DNA from: an uncultured Methanosarcinales archaeon
Lineage (GTDB): Archaea; Halobacteriota; Methanosarcinia; Methanotrichales; Methanotrichaceae
DNA: 64,000 nucleotides
Direction of reading: 5' to 3'
Assembly (NCBI GenBank): GCA_963843555.1
Contig: CAWJKV010000012.1
Location: 54,666 to 118,665 of the forward strand
Made by a program: the position numbers and the translations under genes. The notes beneath the pieces are model-generated. The model made no database searches, was not told the origin of the DNA, and worked only from the letters and a program-made list of their open reading frames with translations. Within the stretch, counting starts at the first letter, position 1; the number at the start of each line of letters is the position of its first letter. This document shows, piece after piece, positions 41,972 to 53,327 of this stretch.

Positions 41972-43107
41972 TCACTGCTTGCCAGTAGCGGCTGTAAGCC
42001 TGGTCACATTGGATTCGGTGAAAAAGCCGTCAAAGTCGCCGTATCTGTGAATGTATTCCGTAACCTGGAGTGTATTCTGGGAAGGTTTGCTGAAGATCTG
42101 TTTCAGACCATCTTCACGAGATCCCGTCAGATCGAGAAGGAACTTCATGCCGTCTTTCTCGAGGCCCATGGTAGTCTCTTCGATCTCTTCCGTCTGGAAG
42201 GCGATATGATGAACGCGCGGGCCATAGTTTCGGATGAACTTTTCAGTGGGGCCGGAGGCCTCCAGGCTCACATAGGGGGTGATGCCGGAGGTAAAGACCA
42301 TTGCAAAATCTGAATGTGTTAGGCGTGCTACACTGGTGATGGAGTTGAGGCTTTTTACATGAATGGCAAAGTCGAAATTGTAGTTTGTGAGCCTCAAGAA
42401 CTCCAGAATGGCATGATTGCGGTCTTGTGCTTTGACGCGGGTAGCGGCGTGGTCCAGCCATCTGATATTCTTGAGATGAGGGGATTGGGACAAATGGGAC
42501 AAATCCATCTTCAAGTCCAGGGGCTGGCTGTCCGGAGAGGAATAGACTCCCTTCTCGCCTTTCCATTGAATGAAGCCCAGGGAGTTTCCCGTCCAGGGGG
42601 ACGGCTCCGTCTGGATGAAGTAGTAGTTATGGCAGTCCTGGATGTCACTCAGAAATTTTGCGCCGCATTCCTCTTGCAGGGATACATACCTATTGAGGTC
42701 ACTGGTCTCAAAGACAAATGTCTCCAGACGTGTATTGGGCAGATGTCCAGACCGCGGGGCGAGGTTCATCTCCTGGAAGGGATTGGGGCCTTTTTCTTCT
42801 GGAGCGGATAAGGAAGTCTGCAGAACGAAACTCTGGCGAGCCAGGGACTTTGAGAACGCAGGTTTTGTAGAGCGAATCACTGAATGCCTCTTGTAACTGC
42901 AAACCGCTGTAGCGGATGAGCTCCTCGACGGCAGAATTATGTAGCTCCGGCTCGGTGTTGATGATGACCGCCTGCAGGCCTCCCACCAGCCCGTCCAGAC
43001 CGAGCCGCTTATGCTCCTCAATAACGTGCGCCGCCTCGCGCATCAACTCTATGTCTGCGCTTTGCAAATTTGCCAGATCATCCTCAAATTCTAAATGCTC
43101 GGGTCAT
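41972..43107 (-). CDS. VOC-fold, 4-hydroxyphenylpyruvate dioxygenase-like metalloenzyme (indels near 43100 and 42800)
   Basis: WLDHAATRV, FIRNYGPRVHHIAF, GLKQIFSKP, TEYIHRYGDFDGFF: HPPD-like His/His/Glu triad; ATG 43107 after CCAGGAG. Confidence 0.75.
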
Positions 43108-43170
43108 GGTGAGAAAACTCCTGGATGCCTGATATTTGCTCAGCAATCCGGCTGACGCTGACTCATCTAT

Positions 43171-43250
43171 CTTATTCGTCTTTATTCGTCTTTATCCATC
43201 TTTATTCATCTTTATCCATCTTCATTCATCTTTATCCATCTTCATCCATT
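43171..43250. repeat. 10-bp tandem repeat array (about TTTATYCATC x8)
   Basis: cttattcgtc/tttattcgtc/tttatccatc/tttattcatc/tttatccatc/ttcattcatc/tttatccatc/ttcatccatt. Confidence 0.93.
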
Positions 43251-43370
43251 TCCCACGGGCTTGCTGATATAATCATCTATTCCGGCCGCAAGGGCTCTCT
43301 GATTTATTCTCTTCTAAATTTTCCAGTAAGCCTCTCAAGCCTAATAAGTACGGACCCGTATATCCTCGCT

Positions 43371-43924
43371 ATGACCTCCGGAGCAGTGGAAATGGTTGCA
43401 GAGCTGATGGCCCTCTCAGCCCGTACCGCACCCAAGGGAAGGGGCCAGGACTCCATAGTGATAAAAGTGATAGCAGGCGAAGAGCTGCAGACGCTCTCCA
43501 GAGAGCTTCGCCGCCTGGGCGAAGCCCGCGGCATCAAGTTCTATCTGAGGGACGCAGGCAACCTGGAAAAGAGCGAAGCATGCGTACTCCTGGCCAGCAA
43601 GGTTCAAGACCATGTAGGTCTGGACTGCGGAGGCTGCGGCTTTGCCACCTGTCTGGATATGCTGCAGGCGCAAAAGCAGTTCTCTGGAGAAGGAGACTGG
43701 AAAAACCCTTCCGCGGCCCCAACTGCGTCATCAAGATGGCGGACCTGGGCATCGCTCTGGGCTCTGCTGCCAAGACTGCCAGCCTGCACAATGTCGACAA
43801 TCGTGTCATGTTCTCTGCGGGAGTCGCTGCCCTCTCCCTGGGCTGGCTGGAGGGCTGCTCCGTGGCTTACGGTCTGCCACTAAAGGCTTCGGGAAAGAGC
43901 ATCTACTTTGACCGGCCGAGCTGA
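43371..43924 (+). CDS. DUF2148 ferredoxin-like domain protein (indel near 43700)
   Basis: LMALSARTAPKGRGQD, RDAGN, LDCGGCGFATC, GPNC..DLGIALGSA, VDNRVMFSAG, GKSIYFDR. Confidence 0.85.
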
Positions 43925-43933
43925 GGTGAAAAA

Positions 43934-45011
43934 ATGGTTAAAATGAAGATTCGAGGCGGGGACCTGGACCTGGTGGAGTACGAGTTCCAGCCCTTTAGCC
44001 CGGGGGACGTCATCCACACTCTGGGATTGGAAAAGGATTACAAGCTCACTCCCATCAAAGGAAGAGTAATGGCGATTGCGCCCGGCCGCATTCATCTCAC
44101 AGTGCTGGACATGAACCGTTTCGCTCCCAACAGACCGGGCGGCGGAGGCGTGGGCTATGCCCTGCAGATCTACTGCTCTGCCCAGGTGGAGTGCACGCCT
44201 TCGGAGATCGTGATCGACTACTCCCGGGAGCCCATCATCCGCCATTTCGTGGAGGTCTACAGAAAGACGGTGCGCTATAGCGGCGGATTTCGCATTGTGA
44301 TCAAGGATCACGGGAATAAGCACGTCGGCCTCGGCTCTACAGGCTCGGTTCTCCTGGCATTGGGCCATGCCATGAACGCAGCTCTTGGATCGCCCCTCAG
44401 CTCCGAGCAGATCCGTCTCCTCCTGGGCCATAACTACGTGGAGGAGACGGAAGACGGACGGGTTACCAACGGCTTTGAGACGGGCGTCGGGCCTGCGGCT
44501 GCGACCTACGGCGGCATGGTCATCACCGGTGACGAACTGGCTCTGGTCTACCGCCACCGTTTTGCTGAAGGCAAGAACGTCTTCGTCACTATCCCCCCGA
44601 CGGTCGTCTCCTCGGCCGGCAGAACGGAGTTCGACCTGCTCATGAACCGGGCTCGCAACCTGGACTATCAGGATCGCGAGCTGAAGGCCTACCTCCTGCT
44701 CATGGACCTCATTCCGGCTCTGGAAAGGGACGATCTGAAGAAGATCGGAGAGATCATCTGGGAGATCGAGTTTCGGGGCTCGAAGAGGGCAGAGGTGGAG
44801 CACCACGGCTTTGAGATCTACAGGCACATGAGCCTCCTGCGGGAGGCGGGCCTGGAGTTCGTGGGCATGAGCTCCGTGGGCCCCTCCATTGCCATTGTGA
44901 CCGACCGCAGCCGGGAGGAGGTCGCAGGGTCTTATCGAGCCCCTGGGCCTGGAGATCGCCATAGAGACGAAGGTGGATAATGAGGGGCTGAAGATCGAAT
45001 TTGTGGAATAA
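43934..45011 (+). CDS. GHMP-fold protein, beta-RFA-P synthase-like paralogue (indel near 44930)
   Basis: PGRIHLTVLDMN..PGGGGVGYAL, HVGLGSTG, YGGMV, GMSSVGP; shifted frame ends TKVDNEGLKIEFVE*. Confidence 0.75.
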
Positions 45012-45295
45012 AAAAAATTCATTAGTATATTTTTATAACTCTTTTTTCTTAAAGTCCGAAAAGCATCGGGAAATCTGAAAATTGAATTATAACCTAAGGC
45101 AAGTGATGCGGAATTAAGCAGATCTTTACTGGAAATCAAGAAAGCTGAGATGGGAAATACACTCCAACTTACTGGTAATTTACATCCGACAGTGTGAGAT
45201 TTGGGCTAAATTGTAGTATTTCAGCTTGCCATTTATCCTCGCTCATCTGCGAATAAAATAAGCAGCGTAAGATTTTTAATTAGGTGCATTGATCC

Positions 45296-48283
45296 ATGAT
45301 TGTGGTGTGGAGATCCTTTAATGCAAGAATATGTTTTATCTTCTTGGCCTTAGCATTGCTAAATTCCCCAACATTTGGGGACACTGCGACTATGGATTGG
45401 CTTTCCAAAGGCGATATTTTCTATAATCAGAGCAGGTACGATGAGGCTCTTCAAGCTTACACCATAGCCTCCAATCTGGATCCAAACAATTCGAGTGCCT
45501 GGGTCGGCAAAGGCAAAGCTCTTGGAAAACTCGGATTTATTGAAAATAATCATAGCAGGTACGATGAGGCTCTTCAGGCCTTCACCATAGGCACCAATTT
45601 GGATCAAAAAAATACACTTGCCTGGGTCGGTAAAGGCAATGCTCTTGGAGCTCTTGGATTTATTGAAAAGAACAATAAGAGCAGGTATGATGAGGCTCTT
45701 CAGGCCTTTACCATAGCCACTATTCTGGATAAAAATGATACGAATGCCTGGGTTGGCATAGGCAATGCTCTTGGAGCTCTTGGATTTATTGAAAATGATA
45801 ATAAAAGCAGGTACGATGGGGCTCTTCAGGCCTACACGATAGCCAGCAATTTGGATCAAAACAATACACTTGCCTGGGTCGGTAAAGGCAATGCTCTTGG
45901 AACTCTTGGATCTATTGAAAATGATAATAAGAGCAGGTATGATGAGGCTCTTCAGGCCTTCACCATAGGCACCAATTTGGATCAAAAAAATACACTTGCC
46001 TGGGTCGGTAAAGGCAATGCTCTTGGAGCTCTTGGATTTATTGAAAAGAACAATAAGAGCAGGTATGATGAGGCTCTTCAGGCCTTTACCATAGCAACTA
46101 TTCTGGATAAAAATGATACGAATGCCTGGGTTGGCATAGGCAATGCTCTTGGAGCTCTTGGATTTATTGAAAATGATAATAAAAGCAGGTACGATGAGGC
46201 TCTTCAGGCCTACACGATAGCCATCAATTTGGATCAAAACAATACACTTGCCTGGGTCGGTAAAGGCAATGCTCTTGGAACTCTTGGATCTATTGAAAAT
46301 GATAATAAGAGCAGGTATGATGAGGCTCTTCAGGCCTTCACCATAGGCACCAATTTGGATCAGAATAATACACTTGCCTGGATCGGCAAAGGCCAAGCTC
46401 TTGGAAAACTTGGATCTATTGAAAAGAACAATAAGAGCAGGTATGATGAGGCTCTTCAGGCCTACACGATAGCCACCAGTTTGGCTACAAAAAAATGACA
46501 CTTGCCTGGATCGGCAAAGGCCAAGCTCTTGGAGCTCTTGGATCTATTGAAAATGATAATCAAAGAGCAGGTACGATGAGGCTCTTCAGGCCTTTACCAT
46601 AGCCATTAATCTGGATAAAAACGATACGAATGCTTGGGCATTTAAAGGTCTTACGCTCTACAATTTAGGCGAACTAGAAAATAACCAAAACAGATTCAAA
46701 GACGCATTAAGAGCAAGCGAAAACGCTATCAATATCAGTCCTGACTACTCTCTTGCTTGGGCCAATGCCGGTTTTTGTATTATGCGCTTGGGCAAGTTTA
46801 ATAATTCGGGCGATGACTTCGAAAGAGCCCTCAAATATTTCGAAAACGCTCTCGAATTCGATCCAATCAGTATAGATGCTTGGAAAGGCAAAGGCGAAGC
46901 TTTTCAGGCTCTTAATCTAAATGGAGAGGCTACAATTTCCTTTGCTAAGGCAAATGAACTTGAAATGCCCCTCAACGAAAAGTTAATTATTTTTTTGATA
47001 TTTTTATTCATTTATCTATTTGTGGCTCTAAAATGTTATAACTATATATATCTAAATTTTCATTTTCTATCATCCGAGGTAATAGCACTCTCGGCAAACT
47101 TGCTTGGATTTCTGGCTTTTTGCTGGACTTTTTCAGGCCTATTTGACATCAAGCTTCTATCAGGATTCTTGGCAATCTCTTCTCTTTTAATCCTTATCCC
47201 CTTGATAATCTGGGCTTTAATCGGTTTTCCGGTAACATCTTTCCAAAAAAGGATAATTATAGCTCTCTGGTATATTTTTGGAGTTTTTTGGGAATTTGAA
47301 AGAAAACATGCTAGATGGTCCTCAATGATAAAAACGATTAGCCTAATATCGATCGTTATTTATCCTATCGTTTCGATTATCTTTTATTTTCGTATCGGTT
47401 TGTACTCGAGCAGATAACGCTGCAATATCTCAGAATTGCTCTAATAGTGATGCCGTCGATCGGTTTGTTGGTTACACTTCCCCCAATAATCGCTGCAATG
47501 CTATCGATTAAAACAGACCTGGATGATCGTAACACATTGCTGATTTTCCAATTCGGTAACCTTGGAGTCCATTTCCTGATGATATCTGTTGCTCTGGGGA
47601 TTTTCGGGCTTGTTCAAAATAAATTCTCGATATCCGTTACCTTTCTCGTAATTGCAATTTCGCTAATTGTGCTACTCCCTTACTTAGCTGGATGGCAGCA
47701 TAAAAAAAGGTCGTATGAATTATCTTTGAAGAAACAACAGAATTGGATTAAAAAATTGATGGAGATCTTTGAGTTTTCAACTCCCTCTGTATATATTTCT
47801 AGGCTATCACAACTCTATGTTGAAGCTGAAACGGATAAACGCATGTGCAGAGGAACATTCATTATACGAATAGGTGAGATCAGTGAGAAAATCGATGAAT
47901 CAAACTACTACTTGTCTATGTATGAAGAAGATATTAGGCGCAGATCTCCTTGTGCTGATTATCTAGATTTTCTGGATAAATTTCAGAAGAATTTGGACGG
48001 AGTTATCTCTAGATTAGAAGGCCTGGCAGTACATGACGAGAATAGACTCGTAGATGAGGCACATGACTATGCCCAGAAATACCGCATTAAAAACGACGAA
48101 ATATCTGAACTAATTGAAAAACAAAAGAGCTCCAAGCCACTATTATGGATTGTCCTATCTTTTATTCTTACTCCAATTCTAAGCGTAATCATTAATGCAT
48201 TTGGCATTTGGCTTAGCAAGATCATGATGGAGATTTTGCCACAATTAGCGTATGCTTCAAGTGGATTCCCACTAGCAAGGTAA
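45296..48283 (+). CDS. Large exported TPR-repeat protein with C-terminal multi-TM region (probably one gene broken by indels near 46490, 46562, 47410)
   Basis: Signal peptide, TPR consensus AW..KG.AL..LG...YDEALQA, then hydrophobic helices; fragments abut in successive frames; AT-rich. Confidence 0.75.
45430..46640 (+). repeat. Intragenic tandem array of 10 near-identical 126-bp (42-aa) TPR-coding units with 378-bp higher-order period
   Basis: agcaggta(c/t)gatgaggctcttca recurs about every 126 bp; unit variants repeat in threes. Confidence 0.93.
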
Positions 48284-48368
48284 TAGCGTTGTTCTCAATA
48301 ATCAGCTAGCAAGATAAAATCGGTATCGAGACTTTCGCAATATCATATTAAAGCCGCTTTAGAAAATT

Positions 48369-49536
48369 TTACGCTTCCGCCTCTCCCATCAATCTATCGA
48401 CCAGCCATGCCGGCTCGAACTTCACCAGATCCGGATAGGTCTGGCCCACGCCCAGGAAGAGCACAGGCTTGCCGGTGATGTAAGCTATGGATATGGCAGA
48501 ACCCCCTTTGGCGTCCGCGTCCGTTTTGGTCAGGATCGATCCGCCGATAGGCACCGACTCGTTGAAGAGGCGCGCTCTCTCCACAGCATCGTTGCCGGCT
48601 ATTGCTTCATCTACGAAGATGAGCAGATCGGGTTTTGTCACCCGGACGATCTTTCTCATCTGATCCATGAGATTGATGTTGGTGTGCAGCCTTCCCGCCG
48701 TATCCGCCAGGACAACGTCTTTGTTATGCGCCTTGGCATACTCGATAGCATCGAAGATCACAGCTGCGGGATCGCCCCCAGTCTTATGCTTGACGACCTT
48801 CAGGCCGAGATTAGTGCCATGCACTTCCAATTGCTCAATGGCTCCCGCCCGGAAGGTGTCCCCGGCAGCCAGGACTACAGAGTAGCTCTGGTCCATCAGG
48901 TATTTGGCCACCTTGGCGATGCTGGTCGTCTTTCCAGTGCCGTTCACGCCCACAAACAGAATCTTGATAGGCTTCTCTTTGGTCTTGATGTACTCGTCGA
49001 AGTCCAGATAATTCCTGGAGAGAATATTTATGAGCGCATTTCTCAGGGAGTCCTCGGCCAGCTTTCCTGTGTCAGCTCCTATCTTCTTCTTCTTTCCCAC
49101 CAGATCGGACTTGACCTCTTTGACAATCTCTTCGGCTACTGGAAGGGCCACATCGCTCTCCATGAGGGCCATCTCCAGTTGCCACATGGGTTCGTCCAGA
49201 TCCTTCTCCTCCAGGATTATTTCCTGCTCAAATACCAGGCTCTTGGCCTTTTGCAGGAAGGAGAATTTGCTTTTGGGTTTGCTGACCTCGCCTTTCTCGG
49301 CAGGTGATGCATGCGAGGCAGAAGCATCGGATGCAGACGTAGAGACTGGCCTTTTGCAGGGCATTTTTATCGGCAGGGACTTCTGCAGTCTTGACCTCGG
49401 AGGCCTTCAGCTCGTTTTCCTCGGGTTCTGGCTCAGCCTTTGCGCCGGATACAGCGGATGCAGAGACCTTTTCCGCAATCTTGGTGGATAATGCCTCTTT
49501 GAATCCCGAGAGCTTCTCCTTAAACCGGTTAAACAA
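48369..49536 (-). CDS. ftsY: SRP receptor FtsY (indel near 49365)
   Basis: MFNRFKEKLSGFK N-terminus; GVNGTGKTTSIAK, AGDTFRAGAIEQL, DTAGR, TKTDADAKGG, GVGQ. Confidence 0.95.
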
Positions 49537-49984
49537 CCCCTTCGCTCCCTTGCCCTGGCTGCTGTGCGTCTTCGTACTGCTGCATTACGGCCTGAATCTT
49601 CTGCATCTCTTGATCGATCTTGGCAAGCACTTCGTTGAGCTTTTTCGATCCCTCAAGAACTTCCTCTTTGCGAACTTTCAGAATTTCCCGGGTCTCGCCA
49701 GCCGTCTTCTCAATGCTTACGCCTGCACCTACATTCAAAACTACTTTCTCCTTAGAGGCGAGTTTACCATGGATGAACGACCCGGACCCGATGGGAACAA
49801 GGATCTCCTGTCCGACTTCCGCCGTATCCAGAGCATCAACGGCTCCCAGAGCCCTCTCCAGACCTTCGGCCGTCATCTGCGTTATGCTCAGCTGGCGCAT
49901 GATGCCATCCGCCTGGGCCTGATACTGCTGGTATGCGGCCAGGAGTCTTCTGATCTCCTCCTCGCCTCCAGGAGAGCTACTCAA
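49529..49984 (-). CDS. pfdA: Prefoldin alpha subunit
   Basis: EILVPIGSGSFI, VVLNVGAGVSIEK, flanking coiled coils; conserved operon position. Confidence 0.93.
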   Translation of the reverse strand: MSSSPGGEEEIRRLLAAYQQYQAQADGIMRQLSITQMTAEGLERALGAVDALDTAEVGQEILVPIGSGSFIHGKLASKEKVVLNVGAGVSIEKTAGETREILKVRKEEVLEGSKKLNEVLAKIDQEMQKIQAVMQQYEDAQQPGQGSEGVV

Positions 49985-50165
49985 CTGCCTTCACCTCGTC
50001 TATCTTGATGAGGCCCCTCTTCAGGCCATGTTGGCTTCCCATGAGGGAATAGACTTTGTTTGTGGCATTCTTCTCGTTCTGGCTATCCACAGTCTTGCTG
50101 AAGGGCAGCCAGGTCTTGCCGACAAGTCCTCCCTTATATCTTCCTTTAATCTCGAAATTGCTCAC
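49977..50165 (-). CDS. rpl18a: 50S ribosomal protein L18Ae (LX)
   Basis: FSKTV..NEKNA..KVYSLMGSQHGLKR..IKI. Confidence 0.92.
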   Translation of the reverse strand: MSNFEIKGRYKGGLVGKTWLPFSKTVDSQNEKNATNKVYSLMGSQHGLKRGLIKIDEVKAVE

Positions 50166-50245
50166 TATTCCACCCCAACTATGTTTATAAATTTTAGGAT
50201 TTTAGGATTTGAACTCAGGAATATCCTGACACTCGTCATCTGGAA

Positions 50246-50917
50246 TTATTCCAGGAAACCCAATGCGTCCACAATGCGACCCATCTCCGGGCCGGTTGTA
50301 TCTAGACCCGCGAAGTACCCATGGCTGTTGGCCAGCACTCCTGAACCCACCAGCGGTGAGCCCAGGTTCACTGTGCCCACATCTACCGGCAGCCCGAAGT
50401 GCTTCTCCAGGACTGCGATCTCTTCCTCGGTGACCCGCGGGTGCACCAGAAGACCTTTATTGGTTGCGACGCCGGCCATTCCCACGGTCTTCAGGCCACC
50501 GATGGTGCCCTTCTCTACCCTCACGCCCAGAGTCTCAGCTATGGCCTCGCAGGCTCTGATAGATAGCCCCGGATGAACCAGGGCCGCGCTGTCGTTGGCA
50601 AGAATCACATTGCCAGCGGCATTGATCTTGGCAGGCAGCCTCGTTACCTTTCCATGCTTGCGAAGAATTTTTAGTTCCTCTTCCCCGGCATGATGGGTTA
50701 CAATGAAGCCATTGCTGTTGGCAGAGACGAGGGACCCCAGGACTGAACCTACTCCGGCCAGCACCTGCACGGCCTCGACATTCAGACCAGTCTGCAGAGT
50801 CTCTATATCTGCCGGCCCGACTTCAATGGGGACCAGTACAACTTTCTCCGTACACCTGGCAAAGACTCCCAGGAGGGAGCTACCTGCAATCTTCAGCCGT
50901 TTATCGGTCACCTGCAA
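50246..50917 (-). CDS. eif6: Translation initiation factor 6
   Basis: GSLVSANSNG, GNVILAND, VATNKGLLVHP, GTVNLGSPLVGSG, TTGPE. Confidence 0.95.
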   Translation of the reverse strand: MQVTDKRLKIAGSSLLGVFARCTEKVVLVPIEVGPADIETLQTGLNVEAVQVLAGVGSVLGSLVSANSNGFIVTHHAGEEELKILRKHGKVTRLPAKINAAGNVILANDSAALVHPGLSIRACEAIAETLGVRVEKGTIGGLKTVGMAGVATNKGLLVHPRVTEEEIAVLEKHFGLPVDVGTVNLGSPLVGSGVLANSHGYFAGLDTTGPEMGRIVDALGFLE

Positions 50918-51167
50918 ACTCCGCTTCTACCCCGCCGTCTTCGAATTTGACCGCGCGCACCCTTACGCGCAGGGGGGGCTTCATATCGCCTCTGGCCCAG
51001 ATGACTTCATTCAGTCCCGGGTCGATCTTCACATTTTCTACGGAGGTCTTCATGTGCCGGGCAAGGTACTTGCGCACCTCGGTCATGGCCCGGTTGGACC
51101 TTCTGTAAATTGGAACGCTCTTCACAATACCCAGAGGTATGGTGTAAACTCTCTCTGTGTCAGCCAT
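50901..51167 (-). CDS. rpl31e: 50S ribosomal protein L31e
   Basis: ERVYTIPL, RSNRAM, RHMK, KIDPGLNEVIWARG..KPP. Confidence 0.96.
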   Translation of the reverse strand: MADTERVYTIPLGIVKSVPIYRRSNRAMTEVRKYLARHMKTSVENVKIDPGLNEVIWARGDMKPPLRVRVRAVKFEDGGVEAEFAGDR

Positions 51168-51170
51168 TGT

Positions 51171-51323
51171 CTATCTCTCTAAGCTGCTTCTTCTCCAATG
51201 TCGTCTCTTGGGGTGAGAAACTACCTGCCTCAGGGTCTTGACAATGACCCAGGAGGGAACTCTACGATTCTGATTGAATGCCTTGGCAAGCCTGATCTTC
51301 TTGCCTTTCAATTTCTTGGACAA
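51171..51323 (-). CDS. rpl39e: 50S ribosomal protein L39e
   Basis: TTG start; [31 protein letters not shown]. Confidence 0.96.
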   Translation of the reverse strand: MSKKLKGKKIRLAKAFNQNRRVPSWVIVKTLRQVVSHPKRRHWRRSSLER

Positions 51324-51918
51324 ATCTCTTCCTCCGAATAACTCTAGTGTGCGTATGATTGGAGGGGAAGATCCGATCGACCTCCCCCTGGCCGTGCCTC
51401 TTTGCAAGCTCATATCTCAGGCCTACCTCGAAGTCCGAGGCGGGATACTTCTCGGAGAGAATCTCCTCGAAGTCCAAATAGCGCGAGGCCATGGCTCTGA
51501 TGGTCTTTCCACCCAGACCTGCCAGGGGTCTTATGTATTGCACATGCAACCGGTCTTCCAGGCTTCGGATAGCGCTAACTCCCATCTTGGGTGCGCGATC
51601 GTCCCGCCTCGTTCCGTCCGCCACAAATTCGCACTCTTGTGCCATGGTTTCTACTGCAATAGGATGAACATAATTGAGAGCATCATTGGGGTAGCCCGTG
51701 GAAAGCAATATCTCCAGGGCTTCCTCCAGGACATCTGTTTCAAAGACCATCCTTTTCAGAGGATGGCCCAGCTCTTGCGCTGCATCCGCCGCTCTTGTCC
51801 AGGTATCTTCATGGCCAAAGCTGAAGGTGACAAGCTCTATCTCATCGAAGTAAGGTTCGAGCAGAAGAGCCGCCAGGCTGCTATCTTTTCCGCCGGAAAA
51901 TAAGACTGCAACCTTCAT
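51262..51918 (-). CDS. Conserved archaeal PP-loop ATPase
   Basis: [26 protein letters not shown]; usual position upstream of rpl39e. Confidence 0.85.
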   Translation of the reverse strand: MKVAVLFSGGKDSSLAALLLEPYFDEIELVTFSFGHEDTWTRAADAAQELGHPLKRMVFETDVLEEALEILLSTGYPNDALNYVHPIAVETMAQECEFVADGTRRDDRAPKMGVSAIRSLEDRLHVQYIRPLAGLGGKTIRAMASRYLDFEEILSEKYPASDFEVGLRYELAKRHGQGEVDRIFPSNHTHTRVIRRKRFVQEIERQEDQACQGIQSES

Positions 51919-51947
51919 AAATTGCCTGAGATCAGCTGGACTGTCTC

Positions 51948-52289
51948 CTATCTCCTGGTTATGGTGATGTCTCTCTTCTTGGGCTGGGCCTGCTTGAGGA
52001 TCGCTTTAAGCTGTTCGTCCGTGATCGCGCCCCGCAGCCTGCCGCTTTGAGCAAGCATGATGAGCTGGGCCTCAATCTGAGAGACGAACTCGGGCCTGGT
52101 CATGCGTATTGCATTGAGCCGTTCCCGGGCTTCGGGTGTGAGGATGGTTCTCATGAGGGCCGCTTTCTTGGACTCCAGCTCCTGCTGGGCCTGCTCTTGC
52201 TGAGCGGCCGCCATCTGCGAATCTCCCTGCTGTCTTTGGATCTGCTCCAGCCTCTTTCGTCTTAAATCTGCAAGCTCATCATCAGCCAT
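51948..52289 (-). CDS. PDCD5-like DNA-binding protein
   Basis: [35 protein letters not shown]. Confidence 0.93.
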   Translation of the reverse strand: MADDELADLRRKRLEQIQRQQGDSQMAAAQQEQAQQELESKKAALMRTILTPEARERLNAIRMTRPEFVSQIEAQLIMLAQSGRLRGAITDEQLKAILKQAQPKKRDITITRR

Positions 52290-52303
52290 TTGCCAATTCC
52301 ACC

Positions 52304-52771
52304 TTATGTTGCCGATTCTGCGCCGGATTCAGCCACGGATGCGGCCGAGCTTTGCATTTTGCTTCTGACCTTATGGGCCATTTCATCAAGGAATGCCTGG
52401 CCCGCGGGGGTCATCTGGCGTCCCTTCTTCAGCTTCTTCACGTAACCGGCTTTCTCCAGTTGCTGCAGGGATTCTCTTACCACAGAGCCGCTGCCTTTGG
52501 CAAAGGCTCCGGTAGCTACCCCTTTGCGCTTCTTTCCGCCGTAAAAGCTTCTGAGGCGGGAAACGCCCACCGGCCCGTCAATATATATTCTGCGCAGGAT
52601 AGACGCCGACCGCACAAACCACCAGTCTGGATTGGTGGGCGGCATCTCCCTATTTACCCCAGTCTTGGCAAATTCAGCCCATACAGGTGGCTGAACTTTG
52701 CCTGCCGCCTTCAGCTCTTCGGCTGTGGCAGCTATCAAGTCGTGGGGAGGTACGTCGTAAACAGTTGTCAA
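52304..52771 (-). CDS. rps19e: 30S ribosomal protein S19e
   Basis: [46 protein letters not shown]. Confidence 0.96.
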   Translation of the reverse strand: MTTVYDVPPHDLIAATAEELKAAGKVQPPVWAEFAKTGVNREMPPTNPDWWFVRSASILRRIYIDGPVGVSRLRSFYGGKKRKGVATGAFAKGSGSVVRESLQQLEKAGYVKKLKKGRQMTPAGQAFLDEMAHKVRSKMQSSAASVAESGAESAT

Positions 52772-53327
52772 ATTCTTCAATCCTCCAAGATGATAAGGAA
52801 CAAACCAGAACCCTTACGCCAAAACAAGTATAAATGCTTTTTCGAGCTTTTTTCTGGCTGGGTATTTCAGCCCAATTGTCAACTTAACGAGATCGATTGG
52901 GTTCTGCCAGAGAACTCACCCTCTTGCGATCGTTTCTTGAGTTGTTTGGTCTGTGGGTGAGAGAAACTCGTGCCTACTATTACTACGTCCTGAGGATTTA
53001 GCTTTATGCATCTCCTCTCTCGATCATATCATTTCATTTTGCGCGTCATATTTAGCCGAATATGTCGCACAAAATTATTTGTGCGTCACGGATGACGCGC
53101 AAATCACTTCCAAGCTGCAATTCTCGCCGAGACTTCTTTTTTGGGCAGACGCCTTCCAGAATCAGCCCCCCGATCCCATCCGCCATAGCCAGCCTGGTCG
53201 AACTCACTTTCACCAGAGAGCTGTAGTTCACGGAAACGCCACACTCCAGGTCATCCAGCAGATCACGAAACAAATGTTTGTTGCACGTATGAGATGTAGA
53301 TGTCTTTGTTTTGCACAGACTAACCAT

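Noticed and set aside
43125..43370. Low-complexity hydrophobic N-terminal extension of the DUF2148 ORF
   Set aside because: It is a translation of the non-coding 10-bp repeat; homology starts near ATG 43371
45359..46501. 380-aa antisense ORF over the TPR array
   Set aside because: By-product of a repeated stop-free unit; no independent protein features
45430..46640. Regularly spaced repeats resembling a CRISPR array
   Set aside because: Whole 126-bp units repeat without unique spacers, stay in frame and encode TPRs; no cas genes
48369..49536. ftsY and other split genes as true pseudogenes or programmed frameshifts
   Set aside because: Essential gene, no other decay, and indels are scattered across the window; sequencing error is more parsimonious
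53052..53327. 91-aa minus-strand ORF downstream of the methyltransferase stub
   Set aside because: No recognisable motif; may be another remnant but cannot be supported
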